This document shows positions 1-13,424 of a stretch of 64,000 bases of DNA, piece after piece. Source of the DNA: Eledone cirrhosa (lineage: Eukaryota); NCBI GenBank assembly GCA_964016885.1, contig OZ024745.1, forward strand, positions 63,488,001 through 63,552,000. The letters are read 5' to 3'. Position 1 is the stretch's first letter. Each line of letters opens with the position of its first letter. The notes below the pieces were generated by a model. It saw only the letters and a program-made list of their open reading frames with translations. It searched no databases and had not been told where the DNA came from. The position numbers were made by a program, and so were the translations under genes.

Positions 1-97
1 GTACCGATTGTGTTGTTATTTCTGTTTATCTTTTACATACACACACATATATATATATATATATATGGGTGGTGTATGTGTGTGAGTGTGTGTGTGC

Positions 98-166
<69 letters not shown>

Positions 167-2873
167 TGTGTGTCTACACACACACATATATATATATATA
201 TCCAAAATTAAAATTAAGGGTTGTCATGTCTGAGAGACATGCGCCATATCCACTGTAGAATAAGCTCAAAGATTAGATCCGAGCATTACATATCAACTAG
301 AAATAGATTGACATATATATATAAAATAAACACATGAAACAATCTCAGGGAATAATTTGTAAAGAATGTAAGCACACATAGCTAGGTAGGTAACTAATTA
401 AAGTTTAACTAGAACTTCAAATATAGATACCTTTTAAATTGATTAATCTCCTTTGTATATATTTCTTTAAGTAAGAAATATATTTCACCTATTAATCTGT
501 AAATCACAGCAGTTAAATTCTTGGATGTTCACCAAAGGAGAAGAAGATAACATTTTGCGTTTACAAAGCAAATGCAAATCTGTGAATGACTCGAACCACG
601 TGTTGCATTTTTTTTAAAATACTCACATTGCCCAACGTCATCCCAGTGGCGTTTTATATATATGTGTTTATTTTATATATATGTCAATCTATTTCTAGTT
701 GATATATATATACATATATATATATTTCGTAGTTTAATTGATACATATGTATTAAAATACCTTGCATATCCAAAGTGTTAATAACTTAGCATGGTAATAC
801 CTACCATTTCTCAGGTAGAAGATAATTTTTGTTTCCTATACGACGGATTTCACGTTGCACGCCCTATTCTGCATGCCTTGAGCATTGACATGTCAGTGAT
901 AGGCACTTTCATAAAAAATTATATCAATAATTAGTGCAAACCTATTTGTTTATGACGACTAGTAAATTTTGCCTACACCTGTTTTAACTTTTGGGAGAAA
1001 GTGGGTAACGCATGATTTACTCAAACTTGTTGTGGTCATAGAGAGTAAAGTTTGACTGTTCATAGTATTAAAAAATCTATTTAAAGGCGTTAGTGGCTAA
1101 GGCATTATTGTAATAAGTGGAGCTTTATCAAAGATATTTTTAGGGGCGGTTAGTTATGTTAGCTTTTGTTAGTAATGAAATATTCTTAAACTATTGGTGA
1201 GCGCAAAAATGCCTATTAATATATATTTTAACTTCTCAACAGCTTTATGAAAAACAAGTATACATTATCTTTTAGATTTAGTGTGATGACTATAAAGCTT
1301 TGATACTTTGATAGCTTTCCGTCAGTATTGCCCCAGGCCATGTCCAACGTAATAGCACCACCTGGCGAAGTCTTTCAAATCAAAATTCACACTTCAGTCA
1401 TGCTTTGGTTCCTCTTGGCCCACGTTGTAGAGAGACACCGCCTTTGGAGACATATCCGGGTGGACAAGGTTTGTCCGGAATTTCTTGGTGGAATTTGTCC
1501 AAAGACATTTTGAATTTTATAGGATCTCTTGGTTTTTTTTTTTAAGTATTCACTAAAATTCAGTGAAATTCTCTGAAAGAACCGTGTTATAAATCAATGC
1601 TAAAATTTAGAAACTTACTAGTTTAATTTGTCCAGAAAATACAAGCCGAGCAGGTCACATGTATTTGCCATGAAATGATGTTATACTATCGACAAATAGT
1701 ATTACGGTTCATTTTCTTTTTTTTTTTTTTTTTTTTTGCTACCCAGGCAGGGTTTGTACTGCAAAAATAAGATTGTTTTTGCGATCAAAAATTATTTCTC
1801 ATTCAATTCCATTAATTTTTCCGTATTACTAGGTGAAATCAATATCTTTATCTTGAAGAGATCTGGATATTGTGTGAATAAAACTCCACAACATCGACTT
1901 GGGTAGATTTGGGTCTATTCTTACATTTAATGTTTCTAAATTACCTTAATACGATGTCACTCTGAGACCCTTATTATAAACAAGTCTTATTTCTAATAGT
2001 AATATTATATTTATCAGTCTGTCTTTGCTACTTATGTTTCGTTCTGACTGGTTAATGTGTTCGCTCCAATAGATATTAGCTAAACATACTTTGTTGTCTT
2101 TCAATGTGATGAATAACTCCCGCTTCGCTAGACATTCAATTCTTTTATCTATATTTATATTCTTAGCAATGAATGTTGTCAGTTCATTTATTTCGTTATA
2201 TGTATGTGGATTTTCCTTTTCTATAATTATTGGTTATTTATAATTAATAAGACATGATTATATTTATCGTTGTTTAGTTCGTCTTGTATGATATACATTT
2301 CCCTCTAATCATGAATATAGAATTTTTTAATAGACGATACATGGAGGTTGCCTATTCCTGTTCTAAATATATGAAGAAATAAATCACAAAGAAAAATACC
2401 ATTCGAGACTTCCAAGGAAGTATCTAGTTAGTCGTATAAATGACATCCTTAATATTTTACGCAATATATATATACATATTAATCAAGAATAACAAAATTT
2501 AGTAGATAAATTATGTAATATTCATTCATTATTTATTCAAATTTGCCTTTCATCCTTACGGGGTCGATAAAATACAGTACCAGTAATGTACTGGGTAATT
2601 GCTGGCCTTGTGCAAATAGTAGAAACAATTATTTATTCAAATTAATCCAACTTATTTTACAAATGGGATAAAAAAAATAAATTCTGGACGCAGTGCCGCA
2701 CTCCTTACTTTATTATAGTTTAGATTCTCTAAAATAACATTACACGGTATAGGATTATAAGTTTCTTTAGTTTTTGATTTGGCATAATATCAATCTTTGA
2801 TCTAAAACCTTTGATCTAAATATAATAATAGATATATCATCGATATAAAGTCACACATATTATTTATTCACGT

Positions 2874-3062
2874 TTGTTTCTATTTTGGGCGCAAGGCCAG
2901 CAATTATCCCAGCGCATTACACGTGCTTTATTTTATCGACCGCGTAAGGATGAAAGGCAAAGTTAACCTCTGTGGGATTTGAACTCAGATCGTAGAGTTC
3001 TGTAACTCTACACTGCAAAGCATGGCGTCCGACCCTCTACCGTTACTGCCAATACACCGCCC
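2874..3062 (-). mobile_element. tRNA-derived SINE (family A)
   Basis: Reverse-complement match to 61454-61675; partial plus-strand copies at 2543-2631 and 5441-5500. Confidence 0.85.
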
Positions 3063-3063
3063 T

Positions 3064-3197
<134 letters not shown>

Positions 3198-3385
3198 ACG
3201 AAGGAAATGTGGTAAGGAACCAGGTGGACAATAACGCACGAAAGTACTCAATACTTAAGGTAGTAGAGTGGGTAATAGGAACAAGTAAGACCCCGACGGC
3301 TGAGCTCAAGCCGTTTCGACGGCTAATTCTGTACAGAATTAGCCGTCGAAACGGCTTGAGCTCAGCCGTCGGGGTCTTACTTGTT

Positions 3386-3390
<5 letters not shown>
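3198..3390 (-). mobile_element. (TA)n-embedded pLTR-like remnant ending in a perfect 116-bp palindrome (3275-3390)
   Basis: Palindrome centred on 3332/3333; homologues at 16255-16446 and 24452-24590 + 28016-28059. Confidence 0.8.
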
Positions 3391-3431
<41 letters not shown>

Positions 3432-3788
3432 GTAGTTAAGCAAAACAAGACCACAAATTCACTTAGAAGACATTAGTCACAGAGTATCAACATTAAGTGC
3501 AGTTTAATATAGAAAGGGGATATTAATGTCAGTTTACAATTGTTTCACTACTCCATATAATGTTTCTGGATCAATCAATGGTAAGAGAGTTATTATATAA
3601 GTAACATAGAATAATATTATGGAGCAGATCTTCGGAACTTGGGGAAAGATAATGAGATTATTACTATATATAAAGCAGAAATCAAAATAAAGATGAAATA
3701 AAGATGAAATATAAATAAAAATAAAATGGGAGGGTTATGTGTCCGTAAAGAATTCTCAGATTAGCAACTCCCTAGATGGGGCACCATA

Positions 3789-3859
<71 letters not shown>

Positions 3860-4039
3860 ACTAACTTCTAGCTTCATATACTAAAAAACAAACAAACATT
3901 ATAGATTTTCTTATATTCTTATTAACACCACTGAAAAGGAAAAAGGAGGAATATAACAAACAAAGAACCAAGAACCAAGAAGAAATTCGGAAACAAAGTT
4001 CATGACGATGAATAGTGGCACTGCGTCGGTTACGACGAA

Positions 4040-4292
4040 GAGTATTCCTGTTGATACGATCAATGGAACAGCTTGCTCGTGAAATTAACGTGCAAGTGGC
4101 TGGGCATTCCACAAACACGCGTGGAGATTCAACGTGACAAGGATGGCCCTTAGAATTACAGGTACAACTTATTTTGCCACTTGTGTGGACTGGAGCAACG
4201 TGAAATAAAGTGTCCTGCTCAAGGACACCGCGTTCCGTCGAGAACCGAACTCACGACCATACGATCGTGAGCCGAATACCCTAACCACAAAA
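4040..4292 (-). mobile_element. tRNA-derived SINE (family B)
   Basis: Minus strand reads tgtggttagggtattcggctcacgatcg...gagttcggttctcg...gtgtccttgagcaggacacttt. Confidence 0.7.
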
Positions 4293-5011
4293 GCCTTCAC
4301 ATATGATGGAGAATAATATAAAACTACTCATTCATGAGAGGTAAGGGAGGCTATCGTTAAATATTGTTATCTCCCTTGTTTGTTTTAGTAAAAAATGTTA
4401 ATAAATAATCTTGTCTCCCCAAACAAAGATTTTATGCCGAAACCTTGATTATATTAGGCTCACTAACTCTAAACTGATCTATGATTTCTTCCCTGTATTT
4501 TCTTGATAAAACCTAATGTTTATGGTTTCTGTGCAGAGATTATCAAAATTCCAATACTTTCAAATATTAGATCGAATATCTGAAGAGCAAAAACATTTCA
4601 AAGACGAAGTTAATAAAAAATGTTTTAAATAGGATACACAATGTCAGTTATTGTTTGGTTTGAGCTTCTTTACCTTTAATTACTGCATCAATACGTTTTG
4701 GCATATAAGGAAAACCAGCCTGTGATATTGGTCAGGTTGATGGAATTATATTGGTCTCCAAATACAACCTACAACTCCGCCTAATTGCAGTAATGCAAGA
4801 TGGCCATTCTATTTTTAGTATAGTTCATATATTCTCTATGGTGTTCAGATGACGTGAGTTACCTGCACGGTTTGCTGGTGCGGTTATTTATTTGACTGTG
4901 TGCAGGTGCCACATCGCGCTAGAAAATTTAAATCTACAGCACCGATCACCTTTACGGGTGATTGAAGCACAGAGGTCTCCAAAATTTCTTTATAAGTTGC
5001 TTGCTACTTTA

Positions 5012-5520
5012 CAGGGGCGGTGGAAGCATTTCTGAATTTGGCGGGAGAGGTGGCAGATTTGGACATTTTAGTTGAGGTGATTAGCTTAGCTCATTGCACT
5101 CTAAAATGGTCAGAAAACTTCGATGTGCGATGAACATGACAAGTACATAAATTGTACACAAATAAATGTGTGTTTTGATAGTTTGAGGAGAAAATATAAT
5201 TATTGGAGGGAGGCATATATATAATTTAAAAAAAAGCGGCCTGTGCCCTTTTCTAAGGGGTTACTATATCGAGCTTCTTCGCATTTGGTAAGAAATTGGA
5301 ATTATACCCAATTTATTCATCTCCCATATATAGAGAGAGCAAGAGTGGGGGGCTCATTCTATCGACATGGCTTTAAAAAAAGGCTTGTTTGCATAATTGC
5401 AAACGAATCGAATATTATTATTAATATTCGAAAATAAAATAAAGTAGCAGTAATGTACTGGTTAATTGCTGGCCTTGTGCCAAATGTAGAAACAGTTATT
5501 AATATTCGAAAAACTCAGAT

Positions 5521-5589
<69 letters not shown>

Positions 5590-6294
5590 TTATTTATTAT
5601 GACTATTGGTGAGCTTTCTTACTCTAAAGTTTCACCTTCGCACTCACAGTTTCACCAGTCTTGCCTGGTAAGTACGCAGGCGAGACTCCAGAGTAACAAG
5701 GTTTAGCCATAATAAATGAATATCTAAACTCTACTTCGTTATTGAGTTTTCATTCTTACGCCCGTCAATAATTCACGCACTCTCAGGTCTTAAATAATGC
5801 TCCCACCCCCACCACCACCACTTATTAATTTCTAATACACGGAACTATCTTCCAATTCCCCTCTCTGTTTCTACTACATGGAACTCCCTCTCATTCCCTC
5901 TCACTCTATCACTACCAAACTTTCCGACTCTCTATATCTACTAAACGGAACTCTCTTCCAATTCCCCTCTCTATATCAAGTAACGCCAAACCCTTGCTCT
6001 CTGTATATCTACTACACGGAACTCTCTTCAAATTCCTCTCTCTATATCATTAAACAGCAATCTCTCCCCCCTTTCTATATCTAATATACAACATACTCTC
6101 CCAACCTTCCTCTCGATATCAATTACCACCAAACTACCCCCCTCTCTATATCTATATCTATCTCTCCCATCTGTCTCTACATAACATGTACATAAATGGT
6201 ATCGCATATAGAAAAAGATGTGTGTTTTGGTAGTTTGGGGAGAAAAATATAATTATTGGGACGAGGGGCATGCCTCCCAGATCCACCGCCCCTG
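5012..6294. mobile_element. Possible non-autonomous DNA transposon with 13-bp TIRs (CAGGGGCGGTGGA), interrupted by later insertions
   Basis: caggggcggtgga at 5012 and tccaccgcccctg ending at 6294; ~50-bp internal duplication 5166-5216 / 6219-6270; no clean TSD. Confidence 0.5.
5830..6180. repeat. Degenerate pyrimidine-rich minisatellite (~35-38 bp unit)
   Basis: Recurrent ctactacacggaactctcttccaattcccctctctatat. Confidence 0.75.
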
Positions 6295-7039
6295 ATTTAC
6301 TGTTATCGTGAAGAAACACAATATTGAAAAATAAGTATATGAAATAGAATCCGAAACAAACACGGGCCGTTACCGAGATCTTAGAAATACTTCCCTGGGA
6401 TTTGAACAAACAATCTTTAATTTAAACTCAGGGTGTTTTTTTAGTAACACGTACATTTCAAGGCCCATTACTTGATTAGCATTATGGTTGAGCAATTAAT
6501 AGCAAAACAACAGAAAATATGGAAATATTTGTCAAGTCATCAACGAAGACTGTCGTCAAACAATACATCAGTTCTCTCCTTTGATAGGAATCAGTTATGG
6601 AGACTGCAAGAAAATACTCGTAGTAAAACTACTATTGCAATCATGCTATGCTCTTCAGTATCCACACTCACCCGTTGAGTTTGTGTGTATGTGTGCATAT
6701 ACGTATATATTTTGTACAATGGACACACATAAGGATCCCTGTTGTATCCCACTGCGTGACATCTTGAGAAAGTGTTTTTTTATGGGGGTGGGGGTTACAT
6801 AGCCTCGATTCTACAGAGGTCGGGTAATGAAAGAAATATAATAATTCAATGTTTAGAGAACGAAAGCAGAAGCAAATATAATATAAAGGAAAGGGAAAGG
6901 AAAAACAAAAAAAAAGGAAAAGAAAAAGAAAAAAAAGAAGAAGCAGTTAGCACACACTTCTGGGACCACATTCGACAAAAGGTGGGAGAAAGGGGTGGAC
7001 AACCGAGCCACTACCAGAGTAAAAGATAACAGTATCGTA

Positions 7040-7250
7040 ATTTTTGAGGTATGCCAGCACGCTCTCGGGGTTACTTCGGGTGATGGCGAGGCTGATGTGC
7101 CAACCAAGCGTCCTTCACGAGCTTCACTGGAATCGCGCAGTCAATCGCCCGACTCCCCAAAACGTCTCGAACGCCACTGGCTGGAAAATGTAGTTGGCCG
7201 GCTACCTGTATATAGACTGAATCTTCTTTAATATTGTAGCTCACCTGGAA
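7040..7250 (-). mobile_element. Probable C-terminal remnant of a CRE-like (restriction-like endonuclease) non-LTR retrotransposon
   Basis: Frame with stops reads NYIFQPVAFETF.GVG...HISLAITRSNPESVL, resembling the F.P.A.ET.G...ISIAIQRGNA..VL tail of CRE-clade elements as I know it. Confidence 0.5.
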
Positions 7251-8664
7251 ACTAGTCCTCTATGTAGACATTTTTGTGGGGGGGGGGATTCATGCTTATT
7301 AATTTTTATGTAACCTAAAGAAAACTTCGACTTTAAGCAATGCTATTAAGTTAATTGCAGTTTCAGTCGACATTGAGTGAATAACTCGTTTTGGTTGCAG
7401 TTGTCTGAACTAAGTAACAACGTTGATAATTAACAAAAGGGATATAACTCGTATAATACTAATATCTATAAGGGAGATAACTGAAAGGGGAAATAATTCT
7501 TTTAGAGAATTTAAAAACAATTATTTCATGTTGAATACTATTTTCCCGCTGAACACAAATATGTACTTCATTCTTCCTTGAGGCTAACTTGGTTACAGTT
7601 ATATACGCCGTACAGAAAATGAAGCTTCGTATTAATTAAATCTCATTCATTTCCGTTGCAAACATCGCCAGAATGACGTGACCATTATAACTTGTTGAAA
7701 GAAATAGGAAAAAAATTTACTGAATGAATTAGATTGACAATTATTTGTTTAGTTTGACTTTTTGAAATTTTAAATTGTTTTAAATTTTTTTTTTTTTTTT
7801 TTTGTATGAGGTCGGCGGGATGGTGGCTTTTTTCCTCCCCTACCTTTTTGGGGGTTTTCATATTTATATAAATTTTACCGTCAGACTGTCATCTGAAAAC
7901 GGTTTTGTTTTTCGTTGTTTTTTATGAAATACATTTTTTTTCTATCAATTACTTATTAGGATTAAGGAATTTACAGGTGGAAAGCTTTGTTTGTTTGTTT
8001 TTGTATACGAAAAGCATTTCGTTTCGTTTGTCTAAATATATTTTGTAAGCATTGGAGACCATAGGATGTTTCATATTCTAAAAGTTTTAAGTATAAATTT
8101 ATATACAAGAAAAGTTATTACTGTTGCCAATCCCATATATCTAATTATATACAAGAAAAGGTATTTCTGTTGGCAATCCCATATGTCCAATCAATTTTGT
8201 TATCTATTATTATCTTTTCATGATTCTGTTTCTCTGATCTTTGATAAATAAAAATCCTAAGAGTTAAAAATACAAAACCATCACAAAATAGTTAGAGTGT
8301 GTGGTAAATATCAATACTGAAATGAGAAATGTCCCCAAAATGTTTGAAACAGTTTAGTCTACTAATTACTTTTATTGGGTTTGCAAAGTAATTTCATATG
8401 ATGAAATATTGTAATATTGTGTAATTGGTTTATTATCATTTATATATATATATATTATTAAAATAACAGATTAAAGTTTAAGTAAAGAATAGCTGCTTTC
8501 ACCCTTAACAGGATCTTCTGAAACTAAAAAAATCAATCTGTGAATGCAGAAGTAATATACTTATATATATATGTATGTAAAAAGTAAACAGAAATAGGAA
8601 CACAATCGGTACAGTATATGGAAGGTATATATTAGGTTAACACTTGATATATTCAGCAAGAGGG

Positions 8665-8700
8665 TCTTAACGTTTCGGACGCTAGTCCTTCATCAGAAGA
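8665..8700 (-). ncRNA. 36-nt minimal hammerhead in a pLTR remnant (~8560-8705)
   Basis: ucuu CUGAUGA a ggac-uagc-gucc GAAA c GUU aaga; AACGUU palindrome. The downstream part matches window positions 1-37. Confidence 0.8.
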
Positions 8701-8702
8701 AA

Positions 8703-8768
<66 letters not shown>

Positions 8769-8959
8769 TCATCATCGTTTAACATCTATCTTCCACGCTA
8801 ACATGGGTTAGACTATTATATATATTATATATACATAGCGACGAATTTAGGGCACAAGCGGAGATGCATCAGGTTCTTAGATCCACCCCTGTTTATTATC
8901 ATCCTGCAATCCATAATGAAGAGTTGGAAACTGGCTGGCCAGGGCAACTTCTAGATTCC

Positions 8960-9240
8960 AATGATATAAACACTCATAGGTAAATCCATGAAAACTGGGC
9001 CTTGATTCTTTCAGGGAAATGGCCTTGCTCTGTGTGTATGAAAGGAGGGGATAGTAATTCCATCCTATGTCACAGATGTAATCTATGGATCTCAGGCAGG
9101 CTAGCAAGAAATGTAGGTTTTACATGTGCTAGATGCACAGGAGCAGTAAGCAGCATGAGATTACAAGTAACAAGCTCTATGGGAAGTCTTATATACTGAT
9201 GATATAACCCTCATAGGTGAATCCATCGCAGAATTAAAGA
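8960..9240 (+). mobile_element. RTE LINE fragment (PHD-like finger)
   Basis: SGKWPCSVCMKGGDSNSILCHRCNLW...GFTCARCTGA, homologous to 13924-14226. Confidence 0.8.
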
Positions 9241-12200
9241 TGAAATTCTTGACCGGGGAGAAAAGCTTTCAATTAAATATGGTTATGTGTTGTTTCATTA
9301 ACACAGGGACAGGTTAATATCGGAAGGATTACTAAAATCAAAGATATACTTTGTTCAAGACAATGAGGAATATATGACTATTGCATGCTTTCATTGGTAA
9401 TTACAAACACTTTAAGAATATATATGCAAACATACTTATTATTGCTGACAAAGAAAGTGTGGAAAATAAAAGGTTCCATGCAAAGTACTTTTTTTAAATT
9501 TTACATGGCCTCGATATAACACATTTTCTTTCTCATGTTTTAGCTTCCAGAAATATTTAATTAGATGAGTTATTTTCCTTCTGCAGCGACAAAACCCAGT
9601 TTTTTTCATAATTTTCCCTCACCGTAAACAACAATGGAATCTCAAAGTATATATAATCATCAATGTTCTATATAAATATCATTTGATGCTATTGAATGTT
9701 TATAATACAGGTTATCATGTAGTTTAAGTGCAACAAGTGAAAGCTTTGTGGCTGAGTGACATCCAAATGAATTATAAATCTATTAAGCCAATACATAGGA
9801 GCAAAAAGTAATTTAGAGAGAATTTCGATCAATTATAACTAAATGATATTGTATAGTTGATACAAAGCATTATGAGATATGTAATAAATGACTGATAAGT
9901 TTCAAAAAGCTAATACAATGCCGTAGGAATATATAAAGCGCAATATTACTTTGTTTTGTTTGATTTGTCATCCTTTGCCCATTATATATTTCTACTGCAT
10001 CATACCACAGCTTTTTAAAACTTATCAGTCATTTATTAAATAATTTTATTTCTTAACATAAAAACTGTTTTCAATATCAATCCAAAATAAATATATGATT
10101 TTGTGTGTGAAGCACAGTAGTTCTCCAAATTATTTGGCTCTACATTAAATATGCTCTTCTAGCACAATTGGAAACCTTAACTTGCTTTTTGTTGACAACT
10201 GACTATTTCACATTTTTGCAATTTCTCTTTTTATATTTTTCATTTACAATAACCAAATAATTTCTATGGTGGCTTAATCTTTAAAAGATAACAGCTTTTT
10301 CTCTCTCAACAAATAGTAAATATTAAGTCATACAACCCACTTAAGTATAAATTCTTCAAAATTAGCATAATGCCAATATGTGAATTAACAGTAGATAATT
10401 TATTAAACTATTTGTATGAAAGAGGAAGCCTATATAATGATTAGAATATATAATTTTTCTTTTTACTTTTAAGTCAGGCTGCAGAATGAAGTCCTTAACT
10501 ACATGAGATAAGCCCTTTCTCAGCAATGAATCCTCTCTCCATAAATTGTTGAAATATTTGTGAGTAAATTGTTAAGTAAATGTGTTAAATTGTACACTCA
10601 TTCGCATGCAGCAAGAGATATACTGAGATATAATAATATTAATCATCAACTAATATTTCTTCATTTACTTATATGTTATGTTCATCCCATTCTACAAGAG
10701 GAATCTAAAAGGGTTGGCACCATGAAAAACTTCCATATACAATAAATTGAATCAAAAATGATGACTTGTTGAGAAATGAAGCTTGTCATGGGGAAAGTTA
10801 AGAGTAACATCTGCTTCAGTAGAGAAAATCAAATGATAAAAGGGTTTTTTTTTTAATAATGAAGCACACATACAATGAATTAATTTCTCCTGTGTTTTGG
10901 GATCTTGTGTACCCACCTAAAAATAAATAAAGAAACAATGACCACTGCGAGATTTGACCAGAGATGATTCAAAACTCTTTAAGATATTTTTATTTAATTA
11001 TTTATTTTTCTGATTTTGGCAGCTCACAGTGTTAAAAACGACCCATCCACTGTAGCAAACAGGACAACATTTACATTCCTGTTAGGTCTCTTCCCTTTTA
11101 TAAATCTGCTACTCTGTTGAACAAGCTCTGCTACCTTGTGAACCATCCTATATATAAAATGGACCCAATAAACACAAAAAAAACACACACTACACTCTGT
11201 TATATTGTTGAGGGTAAGGAAAAGTATCTAAATATAGAAATCATACCAAAAATGGCATGTATAACCCTTTAGCATTCACATTACTCTATATATACTATTA
11301 TATTTTCATAGCAAAGGCTTTACCTCACATAATTATCTCACATAATATCGAATCAATGAGATTTTGAAAGTATTTATTTTGAGAACAATACCTTAACATC
11401 AGTTCGAGCGACCAGTTATAGCCAGTTTCAACAGAAAGAGGTAGAGAATTCTGGCCAGTTTGAACATTAAAGGGTTAAACAAGGTGTAAGCTTGGAAAGA
11501 GGATATATAAGAGTGTTGAAATTAATGAAGATGATGTTTCATATATTTCCAATTGACATTTTTGTTATCAAGGTCTAGAAGAAGCAAATAAGCTTCAGAT
11601 GAAAAATATTTTCATGGTCCTGTGGTTATAGAGAGAAAGTGTTTAGGGTATTCTTATCTGGTTATACAGAAGTAGTGCTTGGGGTATTCTTATCTGGCTC
11701 GCGAATGATTTTTGTCCGGCCTGCCAACAGGTTTTAATCTTAGGCTAAGCATTCCCTGAAAATGTGCTCTGAATTATTTTAGATGAGAATACCGACTAGA
11801 GAACATGTCTAGCCACAAGACTCACTTGGCTGAACATAATTTTTTGCATGACAAAAAATCAAACTCAGACAGATAGAATAGTCAGTATTATTAAAAGTAA
11901 ATTTTTTCATCAAACAAATGGCAACCACAGTTTATTAAAAATATTGTAGTATTCTATCACATTTCTGTATTCGTTTTTACATATGTTCTAATCATTTATT
12001 TCTCCCAAACAATTATTGTACTCAAGACACTGCATATCTATGTGGCCCACCAATGAGACACTGCATAGTAATGTGGTTTAAAAGAAACACAACAGTATTA
12101 CAAGCTTGGTTATTTACTATAAAACTATTTGAACGAGCCGTAAAATGCATGGCATTAGAAAGAGCATTCTGTCATACAAACCATGCCAAAAATGGAATGT

Positions 12201-12601
12201 ATGTGTATTCAAATATTAGTACATGACATGGCAACCCACCTAACTCATGTCAGCATATAAAATAGATGATATAAAATAGATGATATATATTCAGTTTGGC
12301 TTTATTGCACAAAATCTATATTTACTCTGAATTTTTTAAGCTGTCATTATACGATACAAAATTGTATTTCCAGCTGATGTTTCATATGCAAAAATAATAC
12401 AGTTGTCCTGCAATCAAAGCTGTAAATAATTGCAGGAAGACTCTTGCATATTTATTATACATAAACATATCATATATGCTTTCATATACACCCCCATTAT
12501 GAATTACACTATGTTAGAGCTAAGATATATATATATAAACCCATGCAAGCGTGGAATATGGACGTTAAACGATGATGATGATGATGATGATGATGATGAC
12601 G

Positions 12602-12661
<60 letters not shown>

Positions 12662-12662
<1 letters not shown>

Positions 12663-13057
12663 GTAATAATAATAAATTTGAAGACTAAAATCCAAAGAGG
12701 GCTCGATAAGGATAAATATATATCAAATATATAAGAACCGTTGAGCAAATATTTATTAAAATAACAGATTAAAGTTTAAGCAAAGAATCGCTGCTTTCAC
12801 CGTTAACGGGATCTTCTGTCTTTGCGCATAATTGTTTTTCACCGCTCCTATTAATGACGTATTATATTCATTTTTTCCCGTTCTTTGCCAGAGAACGTTT
12901 CCATGAACCAAAGTATCGTCTTCCTGTCTTCTTCCGGTTGCAACATTTTTTAAATATCCACTTCTGCGTTTACAGATTGACTTTGTTAGTTTCAGAAGAT
13001 CTCGTTAAGGGTGAAAGCAGCGATTCTTTGCTTAAACATTAATCTGTTATTTTAATA

Positions 13058-13060
<3 letters not shown>
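12662..13060. mobile_element. Same pLTR-like family, fold-back copy
   Basis: High identity to 22898-23367; (TA)n flanks. Confidence 0.8.
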
Positions 13061-13108
<48 letters not shown>

Positions 13109-13293
13109 AACTTACAAATAGTTATTGCTCTACATGGCTGAGTACAATAAATGTAATCTGAGTTTTTCAAATATTAATAATAATATTCGATTTGTTTGCA
13201 ATTATGCAAACAGCCTCTTTTAAGCCATGTCAGTAGAATGAGCCCCTCATTCTTGCTCTTGTGTTGGCATGTAAACAGAACTGTTTACATATA

Positions 13294-13345
<52 letters not shown>

Positions 13346-13424
13346 AAAATATATATATATATATATATATATATGAATATACATGTGTAAACATATATGT
13401 ATATGCTATCTAAAGCTGACATAT

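Noticed and set aside
1353-1368. CTCF-like motif gcaccacctggcga
   Set aside because: Single imperfect short match with no supporting context
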